A stretch of 64,000 nucleotides of DNA from the NCBI GenBank assembly GCA_964016885.1, contig OZ024744.1, positions 3,410,001 to 3,474,000 on the forward strand. The letters run 5' to 3'. This document shows positions 13,516 through 25,695 of the stretch, one piece after another. Under the pieces are notes generated by a model. That model had not been told where the DNA came from. It saw nothing but the letters and a program-made list of their open reading frames with translations, and did no database searches. Source of the stretch: Eledone cirrhosa (lineage: Eukaryota). Both the position numbers and the translations under genes were made by a program. Numbering within the stretch: position 1 is the first letter of the stretch; the number at the start of each line of letters is the position of its first letter.

Positions 13516-14663
13516 TTGGTGAAGAACGAAGTTTTGAGGGTAGACAAGGTAGAGAAAGATAGCTTGGTGAAGAACGAAGTTTTGGGGGAGGACAAGGTAG
13601 AGAAAGATAGCTTGGTGAAGAACGACGTTTTGAGGGAAGACAAGGTAGAGAAAGATAGCTTGGTGAAGAACGAAGTTTTGACGGAAGACAAGGTAGAGAA
13701 AGATAGCTTGGTGAAGAATGACGTTTTGTGGGAAGACAAGGTAGAGAAAGATAGCTTGGTGAAGAACGAAGTTTTGAGGGAAGACAAGGTAGAGAAAGAT
13801 AGCTTGGTGAATAACGAAGTTTTGGGGAAGACAATGTAGAGAAAGATATATTGGTGAAGAACGAAGTTTTGGGGGAAGACAAGGTAGAGAAAGATAGCTT
13901 GGTGAAGAACGAAGTTTTGAGGGAAGACAAGGTAGACAAAGATAGCTTGGTGAAGAACGAAGTTTTGGGAGAAGACAAGGTAGAGAAAGATAGCTTGGTG
14001 AAGAACGACGTTTTGAGGGAAGACAAGGTAGAGAAAGATAGCTTGGTGAAGAACGAAGTTTTGGGGAAGACAATGTAGAGAAAGATAGCTTGGTGAAGAA
14101 CGAAGTTTTGGGGGAAGACAAGGTAGAGAAAGATAGCTTGGTGAAGAACGAAGTTTTGGGGGAAGACAAGGTAGAGAAAGATAGCTTGGTGAACAACGAA
14201 GTTTTGGGGGAAGACAAGGTAGAGAAAGATAGCTTGGTGAAGAACGACGTTTTGAGGGAAGACAAGGTAGAGAAAGATAGCTTGGTGAAGAACGAAGTTT
14301 TGGGGAAGACAATGTAGAGAAAGATAGCTTGGTGAAGAACGAAGTTTTGGGGGAAGACAAGGTAGAGAAAGATAGCTTGGTGAAGAACGAAGTTTTGGGG
14401 GAAGACAAGGTAGAGAAATATAGCTTGGTGAAGAACGAAGTTTTGGGGGAAGACAAGGTAGAGAAAGATAGCTTGGTGAAGAACGAAGTTTTGGGGGAAA
14501 TCAAGGTAGAGAATAATAGTTTGGTGAAGAACGAAGATTTGGGGGAAGACAAGGTAGAGAAAGATAGCTTGGTGAAGAACGACGTTTTGAGGGAAGACAA
14601 GGTAGAGAGAGATAGCTTGGTGAAGAACGAAGTTTTGGGGAAGACAATGTAGAGAAAGATAGC
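12988..14663 (+). repeat. Example copy of a 35-monomer (1,676 bp) higher-order repeat made of 18+5+5+7 monomer blocks
   Basis: Blocks of 863+239+239+335 bp, each ending in a 47-bp monomer. The same layout and variant order occur at 17682-19357, 24436-26111 and 33298-34973. 34-mer derivatives occur at 20508-22135 and 29370-30997. Confidence 0.85.
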
Positions 14664-17600
14664 TTGGTGAAGAACGAAATTTTGGGGGAAGACAAGGTAG
14701 AGAAAGATAGCTTGGTGAATAACGAAGTTTTGGGAGAGGACAAGGTAGAGAAAGATAGCTTGGTGAAGAACGAAGTTTTGAGGGAAGACAAGGCAGAGAA
14801 AGATAGCTTGGTGAAGAACGACGTTTTGAGGTTAGACAAGGTAGAGAAAGATAGCTTGGTGAAGAACGACGTTTTGTGGGAAGTTAAGGTAGAGAAAGAT
14901 AGCTTGGTGAAGAACGAAGTTTTGGGGGAAGACAAGGTAGAGAAAGATAGCTTGGTGAAGAACGAAGTTTTGGGGGAAGACAAGGTAGAGAAAGATAGCT
15001 TGGTGAAGAACGAAGTTTTGGGGGAAGACAAGGTAGAGAAAGATAGCTTGGTGAAGAACGAAGTTTTGGGGGAAGACAAGGTAGAGAAAGATAGCTTGGT
15101 GAAGAACGAAGTTTTGAGGGAAGGCAAGGTAGAGAAAGATAGCTTGGTGAATAAAAAAGTTTTGGGAGAAGACAAGGTCGAGAATGATAGCTTGGTGAAG
15201 AACGAAGTTTTGAGGGTAGACAAGGTAGAGAAAGATAGCTTGGTGAAGAACGAAGTTTTGGGGGAGGACAAGGTAGAGAAAAATAGCTTGGTGAAGAACG
15301 ACGTTTTGAGGGAAGACAAGGTAGAGAAAGATAGCTTGGTGAAGAACGAAGTTTTGGGGAAGACAATGTAGAGAAAGATAGCTTGGTGAAGAACGAAATT
15401 TTGGGGGAAGACAAGGTAGAGAAAGATAGCTTGGTGAAGAACGAAGTTTTGGGAGAAGACAAGGTAGAGAAAGATAGCTTGGTGAAGAACGAAGTTTTGA
15501 GGGAAGACAAGGTAGAGAAAGATAGCTTGGTGAAGAACGAAGTTTTGGGGGAAGACAAGGTAGAGAAAGATAGCTTGGTGAAGAACGAAGTTTTGGGGGA
15601 AGACAAGGTAGAGAAAGATAGCTTGGTGAAGAACGAAGTTTTGGGGGAAATCAAGGTAGAGAATAATAGTTTGGTGAAGAACGAAGATTTGGGGGAAGAC
15701 AAGGTAGAGAAAGATAGCTTGGTGAAGAACGACGTTTTGAGGGAAGACAAGGTAGAGAAATATAGCTTGGTGAAGAACGAAGTTTTGGGGAAGACAATGT
15801 AGAGAAAGATAGCTTGGTGAAGAACGAAATTTTGGGGGAAGACAAGGTAGAGAAAGATAGCTTGGTGAAGAACGAAGTTTTAGGAGAAGACAAGGTAGAG
15901 AAAGATAGCTTGGTGAAGAACGAAGTTTTGAGGGAAGACAAGGCAGAGAAAGATAGCTTGGTGAAGAACGACGTTTTGAGGTTAGACAAGGTAGAGAAAG
16001 ATAGCTTGGTGAAGAACGACGTTTTGTGGGAAGATAAGGTAGAGAAAGATAGCTTGGTGAAGAACGAAGTTTTGGGGAAAGACAAGGTAGAGAAAGATAG
16101 CTTGGTGAAGAACGAAGTTTTGGGGGAAGACAAGGTAGAGAAAGATAGCTTGGTGAAGAACGAAGTTTTGGGGGAAGACAAGGTAGAGAAAGATAGCTTG
16201 GTGAAGAACGAAGTTTTGAGGGAAGACAAGGTAGAGAAAGATAGCTTGGTGAATAACGAAGTTTTGGGAGAAAACAAGGTAGAGAAAGATAGCTTGGTGA
16301 AGAACGACGTTTTGAGGGAAGACAAGGTAGAGAAAGATAGCTTGGTGAAGAACGAAGTTTTGGGGAAGACAATGTAGAGAAAGATAGCTTGGTGAAGAAC
16401 GAAGTTTTGGGGGAAGACAAGGTAGAGAAAGATAGCTTGGTGAAGAACGAAGTTTTGGGGGAAGACAAGGTAGAGAAAGATAGCTTGGTGAAGAACGAAG
16501 TTTTGGGGGTAGACAAGGTAGAGAAAGATAGCTTGGTGAAGAACGAAGTTTTGGGGGAAATCAAGGTAGAGAATAATAGTTTGGTGAAGAACGAAGATTT
16601 GGGGGAAGACAAGGTAGAGAAAGATAGCTTGGTGAAGAACGACGTTTTGAGGGAAGACAAGGTAGAGAAAGATAGCTTGGTGAAGAACGAAGTTTTGGGG
16701 AAGACAATGTAGAGAAAGATAGCTTGGTGAAGAACGAAATTTTGGGGGAAGACAAGGTAGAGAAAGATAGCTTGGTGAAGAACGAAGTTTTGGGAGAAGA
16801 CAAGGTAGAGAAAGATAGCTTGGTGAAGAACGAAGTTTTGAGGGAAGACAAGGTAGAGAAAGATAGCTTGGTGAAGAACGACGTTTTGAGGTTAGACAAG
16901 GTAGAGAAAGATAGCTTGGTGAAGAACGACGTTTTGTGGGAAGATAAGGTAGAGAAAGATAGCTTGGTGAAGAACGAAGTTTTGGGGGAAGACAAGGTAG
17001 AGAAAGATAGCTTGGTGAAGAACGAAGTTTTGGGGGAAGACAAGGTAGAGAAAGATAGCTTGGTGAAGAACGAAGTTTTGGGGGAAGACAAGGTAGAGAA
17101 AGATAGCTTGGTGAAGAACGAAGTTTTGGGGGAAGACAAGGTAGAGAAAGATAGCTTGGTGAAGAACGAAGTTTTGAGGGAAGGCAAGGTAGAGGAAGAT
17201 AGCTTGGTGAATAACAAAGTTTTGGGAGAAGACAAGGTCGAGAAAGATAGCTTGGTGAAGAACGACGTTTTGAGGGAAGACAAGGTAGAGAAAGATAGCT
17301 TGGTGAAGAACGAAGTTTTGGGGAAGACAATGTAGAGAAAGATAGCTTGGTGAAGAACGAAGTTTTGGGGGAAGACAAGGTAGAGAAAGATAGCTTGGTG
17401 AAGAACGAAGTTTTGGGGGAAGACAAGGTAGAGAAAGATAGCTTGGTGAAGAACGAAGTTTTGGGGGTAGACAAGGTAGAGAAAGATAGCTTGGTGAAGA
17501 ACGAAGTTTTGGGGGAAATCAAGGTAGAGAATAATAGTTTGGTGAAGAACGAAGATTTGGGGGAAGACAAGGTAGAGAAAGATAGCTTGGTGAAGAACGA

Positions 17601-20600
17601 CGTTTTGAGGGAAGACAAGGTAGAGAAAGATAGCTTGGTGAAGAACGAAGTTTTGGGGAAGACAATGTAGAGAAAGATAGCTTGGTGAAGAACGAAATTT
17701 TGGGGGAAGACAAGGTAGAGAAAGATAGCTTGGTGAAGAACGAAGTTTTGGGAGAAGACAAGGTAGAGAAAGATAGCTTGGTGAAGAACGAAGTTTTGAG
17801 GGAAGACAAGGTAGAGAAAGATAGCCTGGTGAAGAACGACGTTTTGAGGTTAGACAAGGTAGAGAAAGATAGCTTGGTGAAGAACGACGTTTTGTGGGAA
17901 GATAAGGTAGAGAAAGATAGCTTGGTGAAGAACGAAGTTTTGGGGGAAGACAAGGTAGAGAAAGATAGCTTGGTGAAGAACGAAGTTTTGGGGGAAGACA
18001 AGGTAGAGAAAGATAGCTTGGTGAAGAACGAAGTTTTGGGGGAAGACAAGGTAGAGAAAGATAGCTTGGTGAAGAACGAAGTTTTGGGGGAAGACAAGGT
18101 AGAGAAAGATAGCTTGGTGAAGAACGAAGTTTTGAGGGAAGGCAAGGTAGAGGAAGATAGCTTGGTGAATAACAAAGTTTTGGGAGAAGACAAGGTCGAG
18201 AAAGATAGCTTGGTGAAGAACGAAGTTTTGAGGGTAGACAAGGTAGAGAAAGATAGCTTGGTGAAGAACGAAGTTTTGGGGGAGGACAAGGTAGAGAAAG
18301 ATAGCTTGGTGAAGAACGACGTTTTGAGGGAAGACAAGGTAGAGAAAGATAGCTTGGTGAAGAACGAAGTTTTGACGGAAGACAAGGTAGAGAAAGATAG
18401 CTTGGTGAAGAATGACGTTTTGTGGGAAGACAAGGTAGAGAAAGATAGCTTGGTGAAGAACGAAGTTTTGAGGGAAGACAAGGTAGAGAAAGATAGCTTG
18501 GTGAATAACGAAGTTTTGGGGAAGACAATGTAGAGAAAGATATATTGGTGAAGAACGAAGTTTTGGGGGAAGACAAGGTAGAGAAAGATAGCTTGGTGAA
18601 GAACGAAGTTTTGAGGGAAGACAAGGTAGACAAAGATAGCTTGGTGAAGAACGAAGTTTTGGGAGAAGACAAGGTAGAGAAAGATAGCTTGGTGAAGAAC
18701 GACGTTTTGAGGGAAGACAAGGTAGAGAAAGATAGCTTGGTGAAGAACGAAGTTTTGGGGAAGACAATGTAGAGAAAGATAGCTTGGTGAAGAACGAAGT
18801 TTTGGGGGAAGACAAGGTAGAGAAAGATAGCTTGGTGAAGAACGAAGTTTTGGGGGAAGACAAGGTAGAGAAAGATAGCTTGGTGAACAACGAAGTTTTG
18901 GGGGAAGACAAGGTAGAGAAAGATAGCTTGGTGAAGAACGACGTTTTGAGGGAAGACAAGGTAGAGAAAGATAGCTTGGTGAAGAACGAAGTTTTGGGGA
19001 AGACAATGTAGAGAAAGATAGCTTGGTGAAGAACGAAGTTTTGGGGGAAGACAAGGTAGAGAAAGATAGCTTGGTGAAGAACGAAGTTTTGGGGGAAGAC
19101 AAGGTAGAGAAATATAGCTTGGTGAAGAACGAAGTTTTGGGGGAAGACAAGGTAGAGAAAGATAGCTTGGTGAAGAACGAAGTTTTGGGGGAAATCAAGG
19201 TAGAGAATAATAGTTTGGTGAAGAACGAAGATTTGGGGGAAGACAAGGTAGAGAAAGATAGCTTGGTGAAGAACGACGTTTTGAGGGAAGACAAGGTAGA
19301 GAGAGATAGCTTGGTGAAGAACGAAGTTTTGGGGAAGACAATGTAGAGAAAGATAGCTTGGTGAAGAACGAAATTTTGGGGGAAGACAAGGTAGAGAAAG
19401 ATAGCTTGGTGAATAACGAAGTTTTGGGAGAGGACAAGGTAGAGAAAGATAGCTTGGTGAAGAACGAAGTTTTGAGGGAAGACAAGGCAGAGAAAGATAG
19501 CTTGGTGAAGAACGACGTTTTGAGGTTAGACAAGGTAGAGAAAGATAGCTTGGTGAAGAACGACGTTTTGTGGGAAGTTAAGGTAGAGAAAGATAGCTTG
19601 GTGAAGAACGAAGTTTTGGGGGAAGACAAGGTAGAGAAAGATAGCTTGGTGAAGAACGAAGTTTTGGGGGAAGACAAGGTAGAGAAAGATAGCTTGGTGA
19701 AGAACGAAGTTTTGGGGGAAGACAAGGTAGAGAAAGATAGCTTGGTGAAGAACGAAGTTTTGGGGGAAGACAAGGTAGAGAAAGATAGCTTGGTGAAGAA
19801 CGAAGTTTTGAGGGAAGGCAAGGTAGAGAAAGATAGCTTGGTGAATAAAAAAGTTTTGGGAGAAGACAAGGTCGAGAATGATAGCTTGGTGAAGAACGAA
19901 GTTTTGAGGGTAGACAAGGTAGAGAAAGATAGCTTGGTGAAGAACGAAGTTTTGGGGGAGGACAAGGTAGAGAAAAATAGCTTGGTGAAGAACGACGTTT
20001 TGAGGGAAGACAAGGTAGAGAAAGATAGCTTGGTGAAGAACGAAGTTTTGGGGAAGACAATGTAGAGAAAGATAGCTTGGTGAAGAACGAAATTTTGGGG
20101 GAAGACAAGGTAGAGAAAGATAGCTTGGTGAAGAACGAAGTTTTGGGAGAAGACAAGGTAGAGAAAGATAGCTTGGTGAAGAACGAAGTTTTGAGGGAAG
20201 ACAAGGTAGAGAAAGATAGCTTGGTGAAGAACGAAGTTTTGGGGGAAGACAAGGTAGAGAAAGATAGCTTGGTGAAGAACGAAGTTTTGGGGGAAGACAA
20301 GGTAGAGAAAGATAGCTTGGTGAAGAACGAAGTTTTGGGGGAAATCAAGGTAGAGAATAATAGTTTGGTGAAGAACGAAGATTTGGGGGAAGACAAGGTA
20401 GAGAAAGATAGCTTGGTGAAGAACGACGTTTTGAGGGAAGACAAGGTAGAGAAATATAGCTTGGTGAAGAACGAAGTTTTGGGGAAGACAATGTAGAGAA
20501 AGATAGCTTGGTGAAGAACGAAATTTTGGGGGAAGACAAGGTAGAGAAAGATAGCTTGGTGAAGAACGAAGTTTTAGGAGAAGACAAGGTAGAGAAAGAT

Positions 20601-22375
20601 AGCTTGGTGAAGAACGAAGTTTTGAGGGAAGACAAGGCAGAGAAAGATAGCTTGGTGAAGAACGACGTTTTGAGGTTAGACAAGGTAGAGAAAGATAGCT
20701 TGGTGAAGAACGACGTTTTGTGGGAAGATAAGGTAGAGAAAGATAGCTTGGTGAAGAACGAAGTTTTGGGGAAAGACAAGGTAGAGAAAGATAGCTTGGT
20801 GAAGAACGAAGTTTTGGGGGAAGACAAGGTAGAGAAAGATAGCTTGGTGAAGAACGAAGTTTTGGGGGAAGACAAGGTAGAGAAAGATAGCTTGGTGAAG
20901 AACGAAGTTTTGAGGGAAGGCAAGGTAGAGAAAGATAGCTAGGTGAATAAAAAAGTTTTGGGAGAAGACAAGGTCGAGAAAGATAGCTTGGTGAAGAACG
21001 AAGTTTTGAGGGTAGACAAGGTAGAGAAAGATAGCTTGGTGAAGAACGAAGTTTTGGGGGAGGACAAGGTAGAGAAAGATAGCTTGGTGAAGAACGACGT
21101 TTTGAGGGAAGACAAGGTAGAGAAAGATAGCTTGGTGAAGAACGAAGTTTTGACGGAAGACAAGGTAGAGAAAGATAGCTTGGTGAAGAATGACGTTTTG
21201 TGGGAAGACAAGGTAGAGAAAGATAGCTTGGTGAAGAACGAAGTTTTGAGGGAAGACAAGGTAGAGAAAGATAGCTTGGTGAATAACGAAGTTTTGGGTA
21301 AGACAATGTAGAGAAAGATATATTGGTGAAGAACGAAGTTTTGGGGGAAGACAAGGTAGAGAAAGATAGCTTGGTGAAGAACGAAGTTTTGAGGGAAGAC
21401 AAGGTAGAGAAAGATAGCTTGGTGAAGAACGAAGTTTTGGGAGAAGACAAGGTAGAGAAAGATAGCTTGGTGAAGAACGACGTTTTGAGGGAAGACAAGG
21501 TAGAGAAAGATAGCTTGGTGAAGAACGAAGTTTTGGGGAAGACAATGTAGAGAAAGATAGCTTGGTGAAGAACGAAGTTTTGGGGGAAGACAAGGTAGAG
21601 AAAGATAGCTTGGTGAAGAACGAAGTTTTGGGGGAAGACAAGGTAGAGAAAGATAGCTTGGTGAAGAACGAAGTTTTGGGGGAAGACAAGGTAGAGAAAG
21701 ATAGCTTGGTGAAGAACGACGTTTTGAGGGAAGACAAGGTAGAGAAAGATAGCTTGGTGAAGAACGCAGTTTTGGGGAAGACAATGTAGAGAAAGATAGC
21801 TTGGTGAAGAACGAAGTTTTGGGGGAAGACAAGGTAGAGAAAGATAGCTTGGTGAAGAACGAAGTTTTGGGGGAAGACAAGGTAGAGAAAGATAGCTTGG
21901 TGAAGAACGAAGTTTTGGGGGAAGACAAGGTAGAGAAAGATAGCTTGGTGAAGAACGAAGTTTTGGGGGAAATCAAGGTAGAGAATAATAGTTTGGTGAA
22001 GAACGAAGATTTGGGAGAAGACAAGGTAGAGAAAGATAGCTTGGTGAAGAACGACGTTTTGAGGGAAGACAAGGTAGAGAAAGATAGCTTGGTGAAGAAC
22101 GAAGTTTTGGGGAAGACAATGTAGAGAAAGATAGCTTGGTGAAGAACGACATTTTGGGGGAAGACAAGATAGAGAAAGATAGCTTGGTGAAGAACGAAGT
22201 TTTGGGAGAAGACAAGGTAGAGAAAGATAGCTTGGTGAAGAACGAAGTTTTGAGGGAAGACAAGGTAGAGAAAGATAGCTTGGTGAAGAACGACGTTTTG
22301 AGGTTAGACAAGGTAGAGAAAGATAGCTTGGTGAAGAACGACGTTTTGTGGGAAGATAAGGTAGAGAAAGATAGC

Positions 22376-25300
22376 TTGGTGAAGAACGAAGTTTTGGGGG
22401 AAGACAAGGTAGAGAAAGATAGCTTGGTGAAGAACGAAGTTTTGGGGGAAGACAAGGTAGAGAAAGATAGCTTGGTGAAGAACGAAGTTTTGGGGGAAGA
22501 CAAGGTAGAGAAAGATAGCTTGGTGAAGAACGAAGTTTTGGAGGAAGACAAGGTAGAGAAAGATAGCTTGGTGAAGAACGAAGTTTTGAGGGAAGGCAAG
22601 GTAGAGAAAGATAGCTTGGTGAATAACAAAGTTTTGGGAGAAGACAAGGTCGAGAAAGATAGCTTGGTGAAGAACGAAGTTTTGAGGGTAGACAAGGTAG
22701 AGAAAGATAGCTTGGTGAAGAACGAAGTTTTGGGGGAGGACAAGGTAGAGAAAGATAGCTTGGTGAAGAACGACGTTTTGAGGGAAGACAAGGTAGAGAA
22801 AGATAGCTTGGTGAAGAACGAAGTTTTGGGGAAGACAATGTAGAGAAAGATAGCTTGGTGAAGAACGAAATTTTGGGGGAAGACAAGGTAGAGAAAGATA
22901 GCTTGGTGAAGAACGAAGTTTTGGGAGAAGACAAGGTAGAGAAAGATAGCTTGGTGAAGAACGAAGTTTTGAGGGAAGACAAGGCAGAGAAAGATAGCTT
23001 GGTGAAGAACGACGTTTTGAGGTTAGACAAGGTAGAGAAAGATAGCTTGGTGAAGAACGACGTTTTGTGGGAAGATAAGGTAGAGAAAGATAGCTTGGTG
23101 AAGAACGAAGTTTTGGGGGAAGACAAGGTAGAGAAAGATAGCTTGGTGAAGAACGAAGTTTTGGGGGAAGACAAGGTAGAGAAAGATAGCTTGGTGAAGA
23201 ACGAAGTTTTGGGGGAAGACAAGGTAGAGAAAGATAGCTTGGTGAAGAACGAAGTTTTGGGGGAAGTCAAGGTAGAGAAAGATAGCTTGGTGAAGAACGA
23301 AGTTTTGAGGGAAGGCAAGGTAGAGAAAGATAGCTTGGTGAATAACAAAGTTTTGGGAGAAGACAAGGTCGAGAAAGATAGCTTGGTGAAGAACGAAGTT
23401 TTGAGGGTAGACAAGGTAGAGAAAGATAGATTGGTGAAGAACGAAGTTTTGGGGGAGGACAAGGTAGAGAAAGATAGCTTGGTGAAGAACGACGTTTTGA
23501 GGGAAGACAAGGTAGAGAAAGATAGCTTGGTGAAGAACGAAGTTTTGACGGAAGACAAGGTAGAGAAAGATAGCTTGGTGAAGAATGACGTTTTGTGGGA
23601 AGACAAGGTAGAGAAAGATAGCTTGGTGAAGAACGAAGTTTTGAGGGAAGACAAGGTAGAGAAAGATAGCTTGGTGAATAACGAAGTTTTGGGGAAGACA
23701 ATGTAGAGAAATATATATTGGTGAAGAACGAAGTTTTGGGGGAAGACAAGGTAGAGAAAGATAGCTTGGTGAAGAACGAAGTTTTGAGGGAAGACAAGGT
23801 AGAGAAAGATAGCTTGGTGAAGAACGAAGTTTTGGGAGAAGACAAGGTAGAGAAAGATAGCTTGGTGAAGAACGACGTTTTGAGGGAAGACAAGGTAGAG
23901 AAAGATAGCTTGGTGAAGAACGAAGTTTTGGGGAAGACAATGTAGAGAAAGATAGCTTGGTGAAGAACGAAGTTTTGGGGGAAGACAAGGTAGAGAAAGA
24001 TAGCTTGGTGAAGAACGAAGTTTTGGGGGAAGACAAGGTAGAGAAAGATAGCTTGGTGAAGAACGAAGTTTTGGGGGAAGACAAGGTAGAGAAAGATAGC
24101 TTGGTGAAGAACGAAGTTTTGGAGGAAGACAAGGTAGAGAAAGATAGCTTGGTGAAGAACGAAGTTTTGAGGGAAGGCAAGGTAGAGAAAGATAGCTTGG
24201 TGAATAACAAAGTTTTGGGAGAAGACAAGGTCGAGAAAGATAGCTTGGTGAAGAACGAAGTTTTGAGGGTAGACAAGGTAGAGAAAGATAGCTTGGTGAA
24301 GAACGAAGTTTTGGGGGAGGACAAGGTAGAGAAAGATAGCTTGGTGAAGAACGACGTTTTGAGGGAAGACAAGGTAGAGAAAGATAGCTTGGTGAAGAAC
24401 GAAGTTTTGGGGAAGACAATGTAGAGAAAGATAGCTTGGTGAAGAACGAAATTTTGGGGGAAGACAAGGTAGAGAAAGATAGCTTGGTGAAGAACGAAGT
24501 TTTGGGAGAAGACAAGGTAGAGAAAGATAGCTTGGTGAAGAACGAAGTTTTGAGGGAAGACAAGGCAGAGAAAGATAGCTTGGTGAAGAACGACGTTTTG
24601 AGGTTAGACAAGGTAGAGAAAGATAGCTTGGTGAAGAACGACGTTTTGTGGGAAGATAAGGTAGAGAAAGATAGCTTGGTGAAGAACGAAGTTTTGGGGG
24701 AAGACAAGGTAGAGAAAGATAGCTTGGTGAAGAACGAAGTTTTGGGGGAAGACAAGGTAGAGAAAGATAGCTTGGTGAAGAACGAAGTTTTGGGGGAAGA
24801 CAAGGTAGAGAAAGATAGCTTGGTGAAGAACGAAGTTTTGGGGGAAGTCAAGGTAGAGAAAGATAGCTTGGTGAAGAACGAAGTTTTGAGGGAAGGCAAG
24901 GTAGAGAAAGATAGCTTGGTGAATAACAAAGTTTTGGGAGAAGACAAGGTCGAGAAAGATAGCTTGGTGAAGAACGAAGTTTTGAGGGTAGACAAGGTAG
25001 AGAAAGATAGCTTGGTGAAGAACGAAGTTTTGGGGGAGGACAAGGTAGAGAAAGATAGCTTGGTGAAGAACGACGTTTTGAGGGAAGACAAGGTAGAGAA
25101 AGATAGCTTGGTGAAGAACGAAGTTTTGACGGAAGACAAGGTAGAGAAAGATAGCTTGGTGAAGAATGACGTTTTGTGGGAAGACAAGGTAGAGAAAGAT
25201 AGCTTGGTGAAGAACGAAGTTTTGAGGGAAGACAAGGTAGAGAAAGATAGCTTGGTGAATAACGAAGTTTTGGGGAAGACAATGTAGAGAAAGATATATT

Positions 25301-25695
25301 GGTGAAGAACGAAGTTTTGGGGGAAGACAAGGTAGAGAAAGATAGCTTGGTGAAGAACGAAGTTTTGAGGGAAGACAAGGTAGAGAAAGATAGCTTGGTG
25401 AAGAACGAAGTTTTGGGAGAAGACAAGGTAGAGAAAGATAGCTTGGTGAAGAACGACGTTTTGAGGGAAGACAAGGTAGAGAAAGATAGCTTGGTGAAGA
25501 ACGAAGTTTTGGGGAAGACAATGTAGAGAAAGATAGCTTGGTGAAGAACGAAGTTTTGGGGGAAGACAAGGTAGAGAAAGATAGCTTGGTGAAGAACGAA
25601 GTTTTGGGGGAAGACAAGGTAGAGAAAGATAGCTTGGTGAAGAACGAAGTTTTGGGGGAAGACAAGGTAGAGAAAGATAGCTTGGTGAAGAACGA
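22376..25695 (+). repeat. Tandem duplication, period 1,581 bp (33 monomers), repeated at 31238-34557
   Basis: 22855>24436 and 23718>25299 are +1,581. The markers GGAGGAAG, AAGGCAGAG and GAAGTCAAGG are in both copies. 33x48-3=1,581. Confidence 0.85.

Larger units (their letters stand above)
11456..20918 (+). repeat. Near-perfect tandem duplication, period 4,694 bp (98 monomers, ten of them 47 bp)
   Basis: Ten consecutive blocks recur at +4,694 (11695>16389, 12030>16724, 12653>17347, 12988>17682, 13851>18545, 14090>18784, 14329>19023, 14664>19358, 15383>20077, 15814>20508). Private variants are shared: AGCCTGG (first C at 13131/17825), GAAGTTAAGG 14880/19574, GTTTTAGGAG 15877/20571. 98x48-10=4,694. 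Confidence 0.93.
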
